A stretch of 64,000 nt of DNA from Camelus ferus (lineage: Eukaryota): contig NC_045696.1 of assembly GCF_009834535.1 (NCBI RefSeq), positions 31,250,001 to 31,314,000 of the forward strand. Reading direction: 5' to 3'. This document shows, one piece after another, positions 1-13,054 of the stretch. The number at the start of each line of letters is the position of its first letter. Positions within the stretch are counted from its first letter, which is position 1. The notes beneath the pieces were generated by a model, which worked only from the letters and a program-made list of their open reading frames with translations, searched no databases and was not told the DNA's origin. The position numbers were made by a program, and so were the translations under genes.

Positions 1-193
1 GAATTAAATTTGTGCATATACATCATCATGACTTTGAAATATCTAATATTTGCAAATAAGATTATAACTTGTTAAAGAAAGTGGGACTGTTATTTATATA
101 GCAAGCTATTACAAGGAAAACAAATAAATTTTCAAAGAAATATTTATAATATATCTTGAGGATACTATTAAATGCAAAAGCTTAAATCAGCTG

Positions 194-1536
194 GAGGACT
201 TCTGCTTCTAAAAAGATGGAGTAGACACACTTTCCTCTATTTTTCCCAACAAGTACAACTAAAAACCCTTAATATTACATACAAAACAAACATAAGAAGA
301 TTCTGAAAGTGAAGAAAAGCAGTCAGATCAACTAAGGATTCTGAGGCCAGAAGAACAACATAGTAATGAGTTCCTTGGATGTTCTTTTTGCCTCATATAC
401 CCCAGACATGGAACTGAAGAAGCCAGCAGTCTAGAAATGCTAAAGGATCTAGGAAGAAGATCCCCAACAAAAGCCTGTTCTCATAGCCAAAGGACCAAGA
501 AAAGGGCAGCTCAGTAAGAAAGAAAACTTTCAGACAATAAACAGTCTCCTCCTGCTGAACACCATAAAAACGGGTACCCCTACCACCCATGCCAGCAAAG
601 GCCAAATGGGGAGCTTAGATTTTCACCTTTACAAGAATATAATGAGGTATCTGAGCATCCGCATCAGGACAGCATCCGAGAGGCTCAGTGAGAGTCTGCT
701 CTTTCACCACTATTCAGAGGCAACAAAGACAATTCCAATGTGGTATCAGTGGAGAATACATCAGTGGAGAATTCCTGCCAAGGAGCAAGAAGTAGATCTA
801 CCACTTGAGGAATCAACAGAAGCCAAGCAGTGGACTTCTATGTCTACCTAGAAATATCAAGGTGGTGTTCCCCTCCCTCCTGCTGAACTACTGTCAAATA
901 GCTACATAAAACAAATAAATATTTTAGATAATATCCAGTCTTATCTTATCAAAAAATCTCATAATTTCAATTAAAAAAACCCTGTCATATCAAAAAAACA
1001 GGAAGATCTTAGACTGAATGCAAAAAGACAATCAATAGATCCCACCGTCGAGATGACAGAAATGCTAGGATTACGTGACCACTAGTTTAAAGCAGCCAGA
1101 CAAAAATGCTTCAGTGAGTAATTATGAACATTCTTGAAACAAATGTAAACTTAGAAAGCATCATCAAAGAAAAAGAAGATATAAAGAAGAATCAAATGCA
1201 TATTTTAGAATTGAAAAATAAAATAAGATGAAAAATTCAGTGAATGGCCTTAACAGGAGAATGAAGGAGAAAGAGGAAAGAATCAATAAACTGGAAGATA
1301 GAAAAACAGAAATTAACCAATGCAAACAGAGAGAAAAATAAATTTTAAATAATGAACAGAGATTCAAGACTCTGTAGGATTATAATGACAACAAACAAAC
1401 AAAAAAATAGAACATGCAAAAAGGTCAAGTCTCAGAAGAGAAAAAGATGGTGGGATAAAAGGTATTTGAAGAAATAATGACTGAGAACTTTGCATTTTGA
1501 CAAGAGACATAAGGCTACAGATTCAAGAACCTAAGC
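194..1536 (+). mobile_element. Old LINE-1 5' end (L1MC-type 5'UTR plus decayed ORF1)
   Basis: Begins GAGGACTTCTGCTTCTAAAAAGATGGAGTAGAC, resembling the L1MCa-type 5' end. An A-rich ORF1 remnant follows, with FEEIMTENF and LQIQE-like codons near 1465-1530. Confidence 0.75.
745..772. repeat. Short tandem duplication ATCAGTGGAGAAT x2 (15-bp period)
   Basis: Copies at 745-757 and 760-772, inside the L1 5'UTR. Confidence 0.85.
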
Positions 1537-2623
1537 AGGTTGATTACACTGAACTGCTTTCATCATGAAAGGGGCAGAATTTTGTTTTTACTGGAATAAA
1601 CACTTACTCTGGATACAGATTTGAATTTTCTGCATCCAATGCTTCTGCAAAAGCTACCATTGTATACTTACAGAATGCCTTATCCACTGTCATGGTATTC
1701 TACCCAGCCATGCTTCTGATCAAGCAATTCTGTTCATAGCAAATGAAATGCAAAAATGAACCCATGTTCATGGAATTAACTGGCCCTACCATGTTCCCAA
1801 CTATCCTGAAGCAGTTGGCTTGATAGAATCATGGAATGACCTTTTGAAGACTCAACTACAGTGCCAGCTAGGTGGCAAATCTTGCAAGGCTGGGGCAAAG
1901 TTCTCCAGGTAGATGCTCTGAGTAAATCAAGAAGTAGAAATGGGAGAAACGTCCTAGAAAAAAATTTGCCTCCTGTTTTCATGACTTTATGCTCTACTGG
2001 CCTGAACATCTTAGTTTCAAAGGGAAGGGCACTTCCGGCTAGAGATGCAACAAAAATCCTATTGAACTGTACTTTAAGATTGCTACCAGGTTACTTTGGG
2101 CTCTTAGTTACTCTGAAACAACAGGCAAATATGAGAATTACTATGCTGGCTAGGGTGCTTGATCCTGATTACCACTGGAAAATAGACTGCTATTCCACAA
2201 TGAAGATAGGAAAAAAGTTTACATGGATACAGAAGATCCCTTAGGCTGTCTCTTAGTATCACTATTCCCTGTGAATAAAGGCAATAGAAAAATAAAACAA
2301 TCCAATTCAGGCAGAACTACTAATGGTCTAGACCCTTCAGGAATGAGGGTTTGGGTCAGATCAGGTAATGAATCACTACTTTACATGACAGTGTTAAATA
2401 TTGTTAATTTTACTTCATAGCATTTAGATTACTAGACATCAAGGGAGAGAGTGAAAAATCACTCTTTGCATTCTCTTCTAGGGAAAGACTTAATGTGTTT
2501 TGGTTATATGCAGGATAGTTCTATCATGTTAGGTGGAAGCATGACTTTGTTACTGTCTATATTTGGAGATTAGGTATTATTTAAGGAGCGGTATATGGGT
2601 GCCATAGTGACAAGAGATGACCT
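1537..2623 (+). mobile_element. ERV-L internal fragment (integrase, dUTPase, 3' region to PPT)
   Basis: Decayed QVDY..L...KGQ.FV.TGI.TYSGY.F integrase motif from 1537, then dUTPase-like peptide. Abuts an MLT2 LTR after a degenerate polypurine tract. Confidence 0.85.
1861..2244 (+). pseudogene. ERV-L integrase C-terminus / dUTPase remnant ORF
   Basis: ORF track peptide ILVSKGRALPARDATKILLNCTLRLLPGYFGLL...RVLDPDY resembles the ERV-L dUTPase (LRLPPGHFGLL, GVIDPDY). It is frameshifted downstream. Confidence 0.75.
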
Positions 2624-2963
2624 TGTTATGGTTAATTTTTTTTTTTTTTTTTTGTGGTCAACATGGCTAAGGCACAGTATCCAGAACAAACAACAGTCTA
2701 AATGTCTCTGTGAAGGTACATTTTAAGACTAGACTAACATTTAAATCATTAGACTTTGAGCTGATTACTCTTCCTAATGTGGATGAGTCTCATCCAATCA
2801 TTTGAAGGCCTTAAAGGAAAAAAGACTGAGGTCTTCCCAGGGAGAGGGAATTCTGACTTCCAGACTGCCTTTTGAGTTGAGCTGCAATATCCACTCTTCC
2901 CTGACTCTTCAGACTACTGGACATCCTATTGTTCTGTGTTTCTGGAAAACCCTGACTAATACA
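2624..2963 (+). mobile_element. MLT2-type LTR (ERV-L 3' LTR)
   Basis: TGTTATGGTTAATTTT start and TTTCTGGAAAACCCTGACTAATACA end; internal CTCATCCAATCA..GAAGGCCTTAA typical of MLT2. Confidence 0.85.
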
Positions 2964-3690
2964 TCACGTAAGTAGAATCATATGAAATTTCTCCTTTATA
3001 TCTGTCTTATTTCTCTTAGCATAACTTCTTCAAGGTTCATCCATGTCGTATGTAGCATATGTCAGAATTTCCTTCCTTTTAAAGACTGAATGATATTCCA
3101 TTACACATATATAACACCTTTTATCTATTCATCCATCACTGGATGGAAGCGACTTGAGTTGCTTTCACTCTTTGGCTAATGTGAATAATGCTGGTATAAA
3201 CATGGGTATACACATTTGTTTGGGTCCCTGATCTCAATTCTTTTGAGTATACACCCAGTATATGGAACTATGTGATCATTTGAAGACTTTCATTTTGACT
3301 TTTTGAGGAACTGCCATATTGGTTTCCGTAGGTGCTGCATTATTTTCTCTTCCTATCAACAAGACACAAGAGTTCCAATTTCTCCACACTCTCACCAACA
3401 CTTAGTATTTTTCCATTTTGTTTTATTTTTCAAATAATAATAACCATCCTAATGGATGTTAAGGGTATCTCTTTGTGGTTTTGATTTGCATTCCCCTAAT
3501 GATCAGTGATGCTGAGCATCCTTCCATGTGCTTATTGGCCATTTATATGTCTTCTTTGTAGAAATGCCTATTCAAATCATTTGTCTATTTTTAATGGGGA
3601 TTTGCCTTTTTTATAGAAGTTGTTTATATTTTCTGGATAGCAATCCTTATCAACTAAATGATTTGCAAATGGCTTTCCCCTTCCATGGGA
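2964..3690 (-). mobile_element. Antisense old L1 (L1MA/MB-type ORF2 C-terminus and 3' end)
   Basis: Typical antisense L1 text: CAAGGTTCATCCATGT, TTTTTGAGGAACTGCCATA, TTTGATTTGCATTCCCCTAATG, TTATTGGCCATTTATATGTCTTCTTT. Confidence 0.85.
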
Positions 3691-3711
3691 AAAATATAGT
3701 TTGTGTTTTAA

Positions 3712-4094
3712 TAACCTGAAAGATGAGAATTTTACTGAATGAAAAAAGATGGTCCCTAGAGATTTCATTTTTTATAATTCCATTTATATAATATGCTTGA
3801 CCTGAAAAAATATAAAAATGGAAAACTTATTAGTGGTTTCCAGAGTTTAAAGAGTGAGCAGAGGTGGGAGGAAGAGAAGGTGGTTATAAAAGCAACATGA
3901 GGGGATCCTTGTGTTGATGGAAATATTTTGCATCTCGATTTATCCCAGTATCATTATCCTGTTTGTGATACTGTACAATAATTTTACAAGATAGTACCAT
4001 CAGAGAGAACTAAGTAAAGAGTACAAGGGATCACTGTATTATTTCTTAAAACTGCATGATGATCTATTATCTCAAATACTCAGTTTAACTTAAA
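3712..4094 (+). mobile_element. L1MC-type 3' end
   Basis: ATAATTCCATTTATATAA...GGTTATAAAAGCAACATGAGGGGATCCTTGTG...TATTATTTCTTAAAACTGCATG match the L1MC 3'UTR pattern. Confidence 0.75.
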
Positions 4095-5130
4095 CAACTG
4101 CATGTTTAACATACAAAGAATGTTATCTGTTGAAAACTACAAAGGAAGAAATATTTTTAAAATATGAAAATTAGATAAGTTGAGCATCCTTAGCTTACTT
4201 GTTTTACATTGGAAGATAAAACACAGAATGCCATATGGTTAAATAAATTAAATTGTCTTTGTTGTGGAAATGAACTGTTAAGGGTGAAAAAAATATCAGA
4301 ATTCCAAATTAGTTACAAATGTCATTCTTCCATTTGATGACTACAACATAAATACATTGTTATATGATATAAAGGAAATCTTGAAATAGGAAACTTTAAA
4401 AAACAGAATAAAAACAAAATAAATAAATATGAAGTCTACTCTGTTTTTTCCTAAGCTTCAATAGTAGTTATAAAATATAAAATTACATTTATAGCCATAA
4501 TCTAGGATTTAATTTAAAATGTATAGTTATGCTCAGAAAATAATAAAATAATAAGCTTGAGACTACTACTTTAAAATATATGCATATTTTATAAAATGAC
4601 ACCAAATATCACATAATGGAGATAATATTTGTGTTCAAGTTACAGCAATACAGATGGTATTGTTTTAATTCTCTATTTTGTCAATTATCTCTAGTACTAT
4701 CTAATATAGCTTTTAAAAAATTCTAGGCCTCTTCCAATCTAATATTTTACAAAATTAACTAAAGAATAGTTTGGCTATAAAAATTTTAAAAGAAAGAAAG
4801 CTAACCCGATTTTACTCAGAGAAGAATACCATTTATAACACATAGCAGGTATTCATAAACTGTGTATTAATTAAATCATGAATTTTTGTCATTTGAAATT
4901 TATTTTCTGAATTCTAAGTATGAACTTGGTGATATTCAATATTCTGAGGGATTAAGCAAGAACTCGAGTTCCTCTTCTCTAGCACCATCCAGGATAGGAA
5001 TTTACATCCTTCTCTTTCTTAGCCTGTAATACACCCTCACTGCTTAAAAAGGCTTCTTCTTCTCCAAAAAATCAAACAAAACCAATTCAAATGAAAAACT
5101 ATTCCCAACAACTCAAGCTATAAGGCTATT

Positions 5131-5243
5131 ACATTTTTCTTCTACAGGATTTTTCTCCCTTCCTTCTTTTTCTTTCTTCCTCTTTCCTTCTCTTTTTTTT
5201 TTTTTTTAATTTTCCTTTCTTTCTTTCCTTTCCTTCCTTCTTA
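5131..5243. repeat. CT-rich low-complexity tract
   Basis: Runs of TTTC/TTCC and poly-T. Confidence 0.85.
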
Positions 5244-5248
5244 TCATT

Positions 5249-5634
5249 TGTTATTGAATTGTGCCCCCCCAAAATGTCTTAAATCCTAAATCCCTGTACC
5301 TGTGAATATGACCTTATTTGAACACAGAGTCTTTGCAAATGGATTTAGTTAAGATGAGGTCATACTGGATTAGGGTGTGCCTTAAATATGACTATGTCCT
5401 CACAAAGAGAGTCGAAGAGATGCACAGGGAGAATACCACGTGACAAGGAAGATAGAAACTGGAGTGCTCTGTCTGTAAACTAAGAAATGCCAGGTTGTTG
5501 GCGATCACCGGAAGCTGAGAAGAGGCAAGGAAGAAGCCTTACTAGAGCTTTCCTGAACCGTGAAAAAAATCTGTGTTGTTCTAAGCCAGCCAGTGTATGG
5601 GGATTTGTTACAGCAGTCCTAGGAAACTAATACA
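5249..5634 (+). mobile_element. MaLR solo LTR (MLT1C-like)
   Basis: TGTTATTGAATTGTGCCCCCC start; GTTAAGATGAGGTCATACTGGATTAGGGTG internal; TTGTTACAGCAGTCCTAGGAAACTAATACA end. Confidence 0.85.
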
Positions 5635-5723
5635 CATATTTTTAGCATCTTTCAAGTTATTTATTATCTAGTCTCCCACAATAGTCAGGCCCTTGTCACC
5701 TCCATATACATACACATTTTTAC

Positions 5724-6442
5724 TGTTATTATCTGAAATAAAAATTCAGAGCCTAACAAGAGAGAGTTAAGTTCTGCTTAGACATGGAAGAAGGCAGAAA
5801 GTGAAAATGGGAACCTTATTTTGCAGTCTGCCTCTTATACGTTGGGGACAACCAACTTGATATTGCCAAGGGAGAATTATAAGGTAAATAAGAAAGTCTG
5901 CAGTAATACACTGGGAAACAAACTTACAGAAATCACTGCCAATGCATGGTGTCTTTGAACTGAACTACAAATATTTCAGCTCCTAATATGGAAAAGATAC
6001 TGTGCTAAATTTTTCTGTTCTAGAAATGGCCTCAGGCAAGGATGAAACTTAGGCCTACTGAAGGCTAGAAAGCCTGTGAAATTACCTTTGACTCACTTAG
6101 TTCTTAAGTAAATGCTCAGGATTGGACAGGGCCTGTGATCTGTTACTTGCACTTGGAAATGGGCAAGTGTGTTGTCAGTTTTCAAAACAGTAAGGAGAGG
6201 CAGAGAACTGTATAAAAATTCCTTGAGAGGAGAATAAAAGCAATGGACATAACAAGATCCTCTTTCTGTTCAGGGATTATTAGAAGCACTGGGAAAATCT
6301 GTGGAGACTTGAAGGTCAGAGAAAATGGGTTTTGTGACTGTTGTATTCTGTTTTGGAATAAAACATCACCTAATAAATCTCCTATTTTTCACCCAGTCTT
6401 ATGTCTTACTGTTTTTCTAGGTCTACGTACATCTTATCAACA
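5724..6442 (+). mobile_element. Probable old solo LTR (family not assigned)
   Basis: TGTTA...TCAACA termini, TATAAAA near 6211, AATAAA near 6372, more GC-rich than flanks. No TSD seen. Confidence 0.45.
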
Positions 6443-7299
6443 ATCATGTTAAATCTTTGGAAAAACTGCACAACTAGAAAACAAATAAACAAACAAAAAT
6501 AAGGCAGAGTGTCTCCCTCAACAGGGCCTGGATTCTATCTAGTGACTCAGAAACACCAGCCTTGTCTTACTTGCAAATAGACATGAAAATTAAAAGTGCC
6601 AAATGAGCTCCGACTTCTGAGTGCTCAATTCTAGCTGTCAGAGAAATTCTACAGGAGATGAGAATTCATCCGCTCCTAGCTGGTTTAAGAGGAACTGTAC
6701 AGACAGGAGAGGTTGAAATTTGCATGAAGAAATTTATAGGGTGAAAAATATAAGGTATGTCAGAGAAAAGGAACCAATCAGTGTGAATGGAATGAAAGTC
6801 CCATGCTTTCTCTATCTCACCATTGACATCTGGTCTTTTTGATGGCTAAAAACTGATGGCTCCTATGTACTTCACTTTAAGTATAAATGAAAACAAAATG
6901 TATATAAACATTTAACTAGAAATATGTATTTTATTAGTATAGGATCAAGGTTTGTTTCTTTAAACTTCTTAAATATCTATTTAAGTAAATTTTAGCTTAA
7001 ATACCTATTCAACAGTTTGTTTCTTCTTTTATAAAATTAACATAGTATCTTTTTAGAACTACAGAATTTTAGAACCACAGATTAAAAATATACTAAGAGC
7101 CATTAATTAACCTATTTTGTCAATATACTGCAATATTGAAATTGGCATTTTTTTCTCAGAAAATATTGGTAAGTATTTCCTGCGGAAATGCAATATGTAG
7201 TATTTTATAGATTAGTATGTAAATGTTAATATAATATACAGTGTTATAGATAAATATAGATACATTTAGTCTATTTATGGAGGTAAACCAGTATATCAT

Positions 7300-7640
7300 A
7301 GAAAACAACTTGTTTTCTTAAGCAATGAAGATATTTATTGTTAAGATATGGAAGACTCACAATACTGCAAAATCAGTGCTATGGGAAGGACATGTAGCAT
7401 GCTCAGGAGTGACTGTAAACCAGAATGAAGGGGGAAAATGGCCAGTGTGCTAGAGCTGTTCATGTTATGAGTCTGAGCCTCGCTGTTCCTATTTGCTGTT
7501 TCACATACTGGAGTCCTTAAAGACCTTAAAGGAATTATCTAGTTGGCTGAGCCCAAATCACATGACTATAAGCTGTTTCTACCTACACGGGAAAAGGTAG
7601 CATCTTCCAAGGGTGTGTCAACAGGTGATTTCCCACAAAA
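7300..7640 (-). mobile_element. Ancient MaLR LTR remnant (MLT1J/K/L-like)
   Basis: GTTGGCTGAGCCCAAATCACATG resembles the old MLT1 antisense motif; otherwise highly diverged. Confidence 0.35.
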
Positions 7641-7885
7641 TAGAGCTTCAGTTAAGCAGAAGAAGAGTGGAATGCCTGATGGTCAAAAATTTTTTTTTCA
7701 AAAATGATGATGCCTATAAAACTGCCAAAAATGTACACAATGTAGTCAACTGGTCAATAATATTAAGTACCAATAAGATATTCAGCACTATGCTAGTACT
7801 GTAGGGGCCATATCAGCAGTATGCAGTTTGACTCTTCTCTAAGCAATCTTGCAATCTTACTGACTATAAAAAGGGTAACACTGGT

Positions 7886-7945
7886 TCTCTATCTATGTAT
7901 CTATGTATCTATGTATCTAAATATCTATCGTCTATCATTATCATC
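7886..7945. repeat. (TCTA/TGTA)n microsatellite
   Basis: TCTATCTATGTATCTATGTATCTATGTATCTA visible. Confidence 0.8.
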
Positions 7946-9674
7946 TCTGTCCACTAGCTATATAAAGGAAGTAAAAGGAATGCTGCTTCTACTTATATGT
8001 GCAATAAGACCTAGATGTACTTGTGAGGCTTTTTTTTTAAAAAAAGTGTCTGTTTGCTTAAATTATGAAGATGCCTGGAGAACAAAATATATGTCCCTAA
8101 GAAATATAATCCCTGACCCAGTTGAACTTCTTTGCACTTCTCCAACTTTCACAACACTCATCCCTTTTTACACTAAACTCTACTCGCACTAGCCAACATT
8201 TCAGTGCTCAAACGGGTAAAGTTTGTTTTTGTGCTGCCTAAAATGCACTTCCTCTTACCCCTCATGTCCGCCTCCTTCCCAACACTTAGGATTCTCTGCT
8301 CACCCCTAATTGGTGAGTTATATCTAAACTGCTTGTTTACTTCCTGGATAGCTCTTTTCATAACACAAACTTATTTCATTTGTTTCTGTGTTTACTTGCT
8401 TATTGCCTGGCTCTTGATAATGGCACGAGTTTTGCAGCCTCTGTAGGTCCTGACCCAGATTGTACATGGTACGCCAACACATGTCCATCAGTTATTTGTT
8501 GATTAGATGAATGAATGGTGCTCCACACTCTAGAAACCATAAGTCTAGATCATTTGCCTGAAAGTTGAATACATAAATTTTAAAATGTATTTTCCATTCC
8601 AGAAAGAAAGGAGAATGATGTTAGATTTTCGAGAGCTTTATAGAGGATGAAGGTGCTTCTCATTTCCTAGAGTATGATGTCCCCTAGTATGCAAATTCCT
8701 GTTTTGTACACGTTTAAAGAGTATAAAATGCTAATACTGAAAATAATTTTTTGTATGGTTCTTTTCCCCAAATCAATGGAGAAACATTTAAAAACTGGCT
8801 AAATTAATCCTCTGATATATTACAGCTATAACAATGTCAATACAGAGAGACAGAGGCAGCTGCTGGATGGTCTCAAGGGCCAAACATTTGATGTGCCCTG
8901 TGGTTCAAGATATGATCATTCTTTGGCCACAGTACATGATAGCTTGAGGCTTTCATTCACTGTGTGGGGAGAGTGGAGAGTATGGAAGATTTCCATATCA
9001 AATTTCTAACTACTAATCCAAATGAAGGCGAAAAGGTCTCCAGTAATGTTCACAGCCTGGAGAAAAAAAGAGAACAACAAAAGCAATGACTAAAGGATAA
9101 ATGCCTTTGGAACATGTGGACTGTGGTTTTAGAAAAAGACTTTTTTACAAGGTGAGCAAACATAATGAAACTTTAGAGGTAATGAAAAAGGTCCAACTTT
9201 CCATGATTCAATGTTGATAAAAAATAATCCATGAGTACAGCAAATTAGCTCCAAAGTACTGTTAGCAGAGCAAAGACAATCTGGTAAATATTCTATGACA
9301 TAGGCTGGATATTCAAACTGAAAATGTGAATAATTTGATGTTATTACAAAATTTAATGAATGAAATTCAAGATGTTGCCTATTATTATTTTTTATTTAAC
9401 CTTGGGAAAATAGAGCCATAGCACTGAAGATTTTGAGAAAAGATCAACTGCCTTTTGTTATTCTGAATGAATTAAATGGGCAGTAACAAATTTTTCTCAT
9501 ATTTGAAAAAGTGACACATGGCACAAATACTGCCCCCAGATCCTTGGAAAAATGAAATTAGATAGCACCAGAAAAGAAGAAAAACTTTCCAATCTCTTGC
9601 TTTATTGTGACAATTTAATACCTTCGCCAACACAACAGAGATTCTGACTGGGAAGATTTATAAATATGAAGAGA

Positions 9675-10190
9675 TTAGTTTTGGTTATCTACTTCTGCAA
9701 AGGAATTACATTAAATCCAGTAGGCGTGAAACCATACTTTGTTATCTTCCATCCTTCCGTGGGTTATTCAACTATGTGGTCTCCTTTGGGTTATGTCAAG
9801 TGGTTGCAGCCAGATACTGCAGTCATCTGAAGCGGTCTCAGGAGTGGACAATGAAGAGGACTTCCCATACTGGTGGCAACTGATGCTACTGTCTGGAAAC
9901 TCTTACGGTGCTGACTACTAGAGCACCTGTACGACCTCTCCATGGGATCTGGCTACTTAAAATACAGCAGCTGTTTTAAAAGGAATTCTCACAAATTAAG
10001 TATTCCAAGGGACACTCAGCTGCCACTCTCTTAAGGACTGGGCCTAGATACATGTATATGATCACATCTTAACATTCTGTTGCACTTTGCAGTCAGGAAA
10101 TTTGCTTGATTTCAAAGTGAAGTGGCATAGATCCTATTTCTCAATTGGAGTAATGTCAAAGGATTTGTGGTCATTTTCCATTTTCCATAA
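9675..10190 (-). mobile_element. MaLR LTR (MLT1H-like)
   Basis: CTGCAGTCATCTGAAG, CTAGAGCACCT..CCTCTCCATG and ATGTCAAAGGATTTGTGGTCATTTT are typical antisense MLT1H-type motifs. Confidence 0.65.
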
Positions 10191-11400
10191 TAAGTAACAC
10201 TGTATAGTGACTTTTGGGAACTATGACACTCAAGTAGGCAATTAAAAGCAAAAAAGCAAAAAATTTTGCCAACTTTGGAGGATTATGTCCTCTTCAGATA
10301 CAGAAAATAACATGAGTGTCAATGACATGTCACACATGTCACATATCCATTTTTAAGGTTTCTTCTGTGATGGAATAGATCAACTGCATTGGTGTATCTA
10401 ACCCATTGCACCATTGCTGGAATTCCTGCCTACATATAACAAAGCAAAATCTATTTATATTGATTGTAGAATATCATAAACAGAAAAGTAATACCCAAAG
10501 CATCCTGACTTGACTTTCTACAATTGGATTTTCCGAAACCAGCCATGTTTTTCCCCTTTATGTATAATAGATAACTTCAGTATGAGAAAGCATCATTTTC
10601 TGTATACCCTAAGACATTTGACTTCGGTGACTCCACAGGATTTGTAAGGTGGAAATCATGTCTGAGGACTAAACTTACTGTTATGTCTTCTTTGTCTTTG
10701 ATTCAAGAGGACTTAGAATGTACCCAGGAACGAGAGTTCATTATTCAACTATATTACTGTGTTCCTGAGAGAGATCTCCACATAGGCTTTAAAGTAATAC
10801 ACACAAATATATATGCAGGACAAGGAAGAAACTTTTCTTTTCTTTTTTTTGTCTAGAAAATTTTACCAAAGATATACCACAAGGCATTCCTAGAGCCATG
10901 TTACAAAACTTCCCCTTATCTACATAAATGGTATCAGTGAATTTTGGAAACCTGGAAGAGCATGAGTTAGAAAAACACTGACAGTACTGGATCTGATGAA
11001 AATACTGGGTTAAGACATGTTTTTTAAGCAACATTTATTGTTTGTTTTATTTGGATTGTTTTTACAGAATATAAGCTATTTTCAATTTCAAAAGGAGTCC
11101 AGTAATTTTCAGAACTTCAAGGGCATGGGACAAAAAAAATAAATGATTGAGGATAAAGTTTCAAGTACATATTAATTCAAAGAAGATATTAAAAAATGAC
11201 CAGTTATTGTGAAAATTTTGAAAGTTAAGAAAGTGAAATCAGATACTCCATTACAAAGTTGATAAAAACTAATTTGTGGGGGTGAATGTAGCAAATTAAA
11301 AAAGGAAAAGAAAAAGAAGTATATTCATTTAATGGCTTTGTTCAGAATCTGTGAAAACCTATATAATCTTTGAAGGACAAATACAAACAAATACGTTGTC

Positions 11401-11540
11401 TTTCACCTGACTGTAAACTTCCTGAAGGAAGAATATTTCCTTCTGTTGCTCATTTCTTAATACCTAATTCTTAGGACAGTGTTTGGCATGTAGTAGGTTC
11501 TCAAAAAATATCTATTGGAAAATTTTTGAATGAATTTATG
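11401..11540 (+). mobile_element. LINE-2 3' end
   Basis: GACTGTAAACTTCCTGAAGG...ACAGTGTTTGGCATGTAGTAGGTTCTCAAAAAATAT...TGAATGAAT. Confidence 0.75.
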
Positions 11541-12639
11541 AATATGAAACAAAATATCTATGGCAGAACACATTCCTGCAAATAATTCATTTTAATCTAC
11601 TATTATTAATAGCAGTAGGCTTATTATTACTCTTGCTATTATTATTTACAAACTACTGGAAAGGATTTTTATAAAAGAAAATAAAATATTCAACCATTCA
11701 TCAAAGTTGGTCTTTGCTAATCTCAAATCAATCTTTCAGCTCTACACACATGCACACATGCACACACATACTGATATAACAAGGAAGAAAGTCTTATTCA
11801 ATAAAATCTTACTTGTTAAAAATCAGATACCTAGCCTCAAAATCATATAGAATGTTAGAAGAGGACTGTCTGGATTAAAGGCATTTTCATTGACTATACT
11901 CTCATTGTTCCTGCTTCAGGGTTGCTAACATTATGTTCTACTCCTTTCAAGTCAAGCTTGGCCTCGGAGGTCTACCTCCCAATGTGGGCCAGAGAACCTT
12001 TGTGAGGTCTGAACAAATCCAAAGTCCCAAGAAGGAACCGTTACTCTTTAAACTCTAAGACCTTTGTGAATTTTGTCTCTTTATCTCTTTCTCTCATAAT
12101 CTTTCTCTCCAATGTTATTACATATTCTCTCTGTACGTGTGTGTCCCTCTTTTTTCCTCTATATTTTCTTTGCCAATGGCATTATCTCCACTGTGAGGAG
12201 GTCTTTCAAGAGTACTAAATTCAAAGCTCCCTAAGGAGAGAAAACATTCTTTCCTGGATGATGGATTAGAAAAATCAACAGAAAGTATCCTATTATATTA
12301 AGATAAATAAAATCAAATATAAATTAAACATAAGACAAAGACTTCATTTGATTTAAAATTAAGATATTTAGTGGGATGATATTCATTCACTAAATTCATT
12401 CCATGGACTCACATACAGATGGTATGCAGGAGCTGCAATTTGTCTCTTTGAAATTTATCATGTAATACATTTAAGTATGTTACTTTTATATTTATTATTT
12501 ATATTGTTCAAAACTAAATGTTAAAAATATATGCAAAGGATAAATGGATTTTTGTATTGGAGAAAGAAACAATTATCCATCATACGTTAACTCTCCCTAA
12601 AATATTACTAAATATTTGAATTTCATGGTGAAGCTTGTA

Positions 12640-13054
12640 TATGTCCATGCCCTCAGTGAAGAGGAAGGAGTTGAGCCTGCTTGGTAATTGGGACAAAACA
12701 GGTGAGATGGGAACAGCCTAATGACAAGCACTCTTCTCGGCCTTGGCACCAGGTACTGTGCTCTCCAATCCTTATGGATGGCTTTTCAATAGTGTCAAGT
12801 ACTGGCTTAGAAACTCCTCAAAGTAGTAAACTGGGGCACTAGTATGGTTCACTTATGTTGTTTCCAGTCTCTCACGGCTCATTTTCTTTCATTGCCTGGT
12901 ATTTTGTGTCCTCAAAAAAACACTGTTCCACATATTTTGTCTATTTGTTTTGTTTTGTGTTTTTTGTGTTTTTGTTTTGGTCTTTGCTTTGTTGTGTTTT
13001 GAGCATGATAGTAACTCTGATCCTGTTGCTCTGTGTCGGCTGAAAGCAGAAGTT
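12640..13054 (-). mobile_element. Old L1 5' end (L1MC/MD/ME-type), antisense
   Basis: Reverse complement starts ACTTCTGCTTTCAGCCGACACAGAGCAACAGGATC followed by an AAAAC-rich stretch, like old L1M 5'UTRs. Confidence 0.65.

Noticed and set aside
10323..10343. Two CATG cores resembling a p53 site
   Set aside because: The cores are 9 bp apart rather than 10 and the flanks mismatch; it is a 9-bp tandem duplication.
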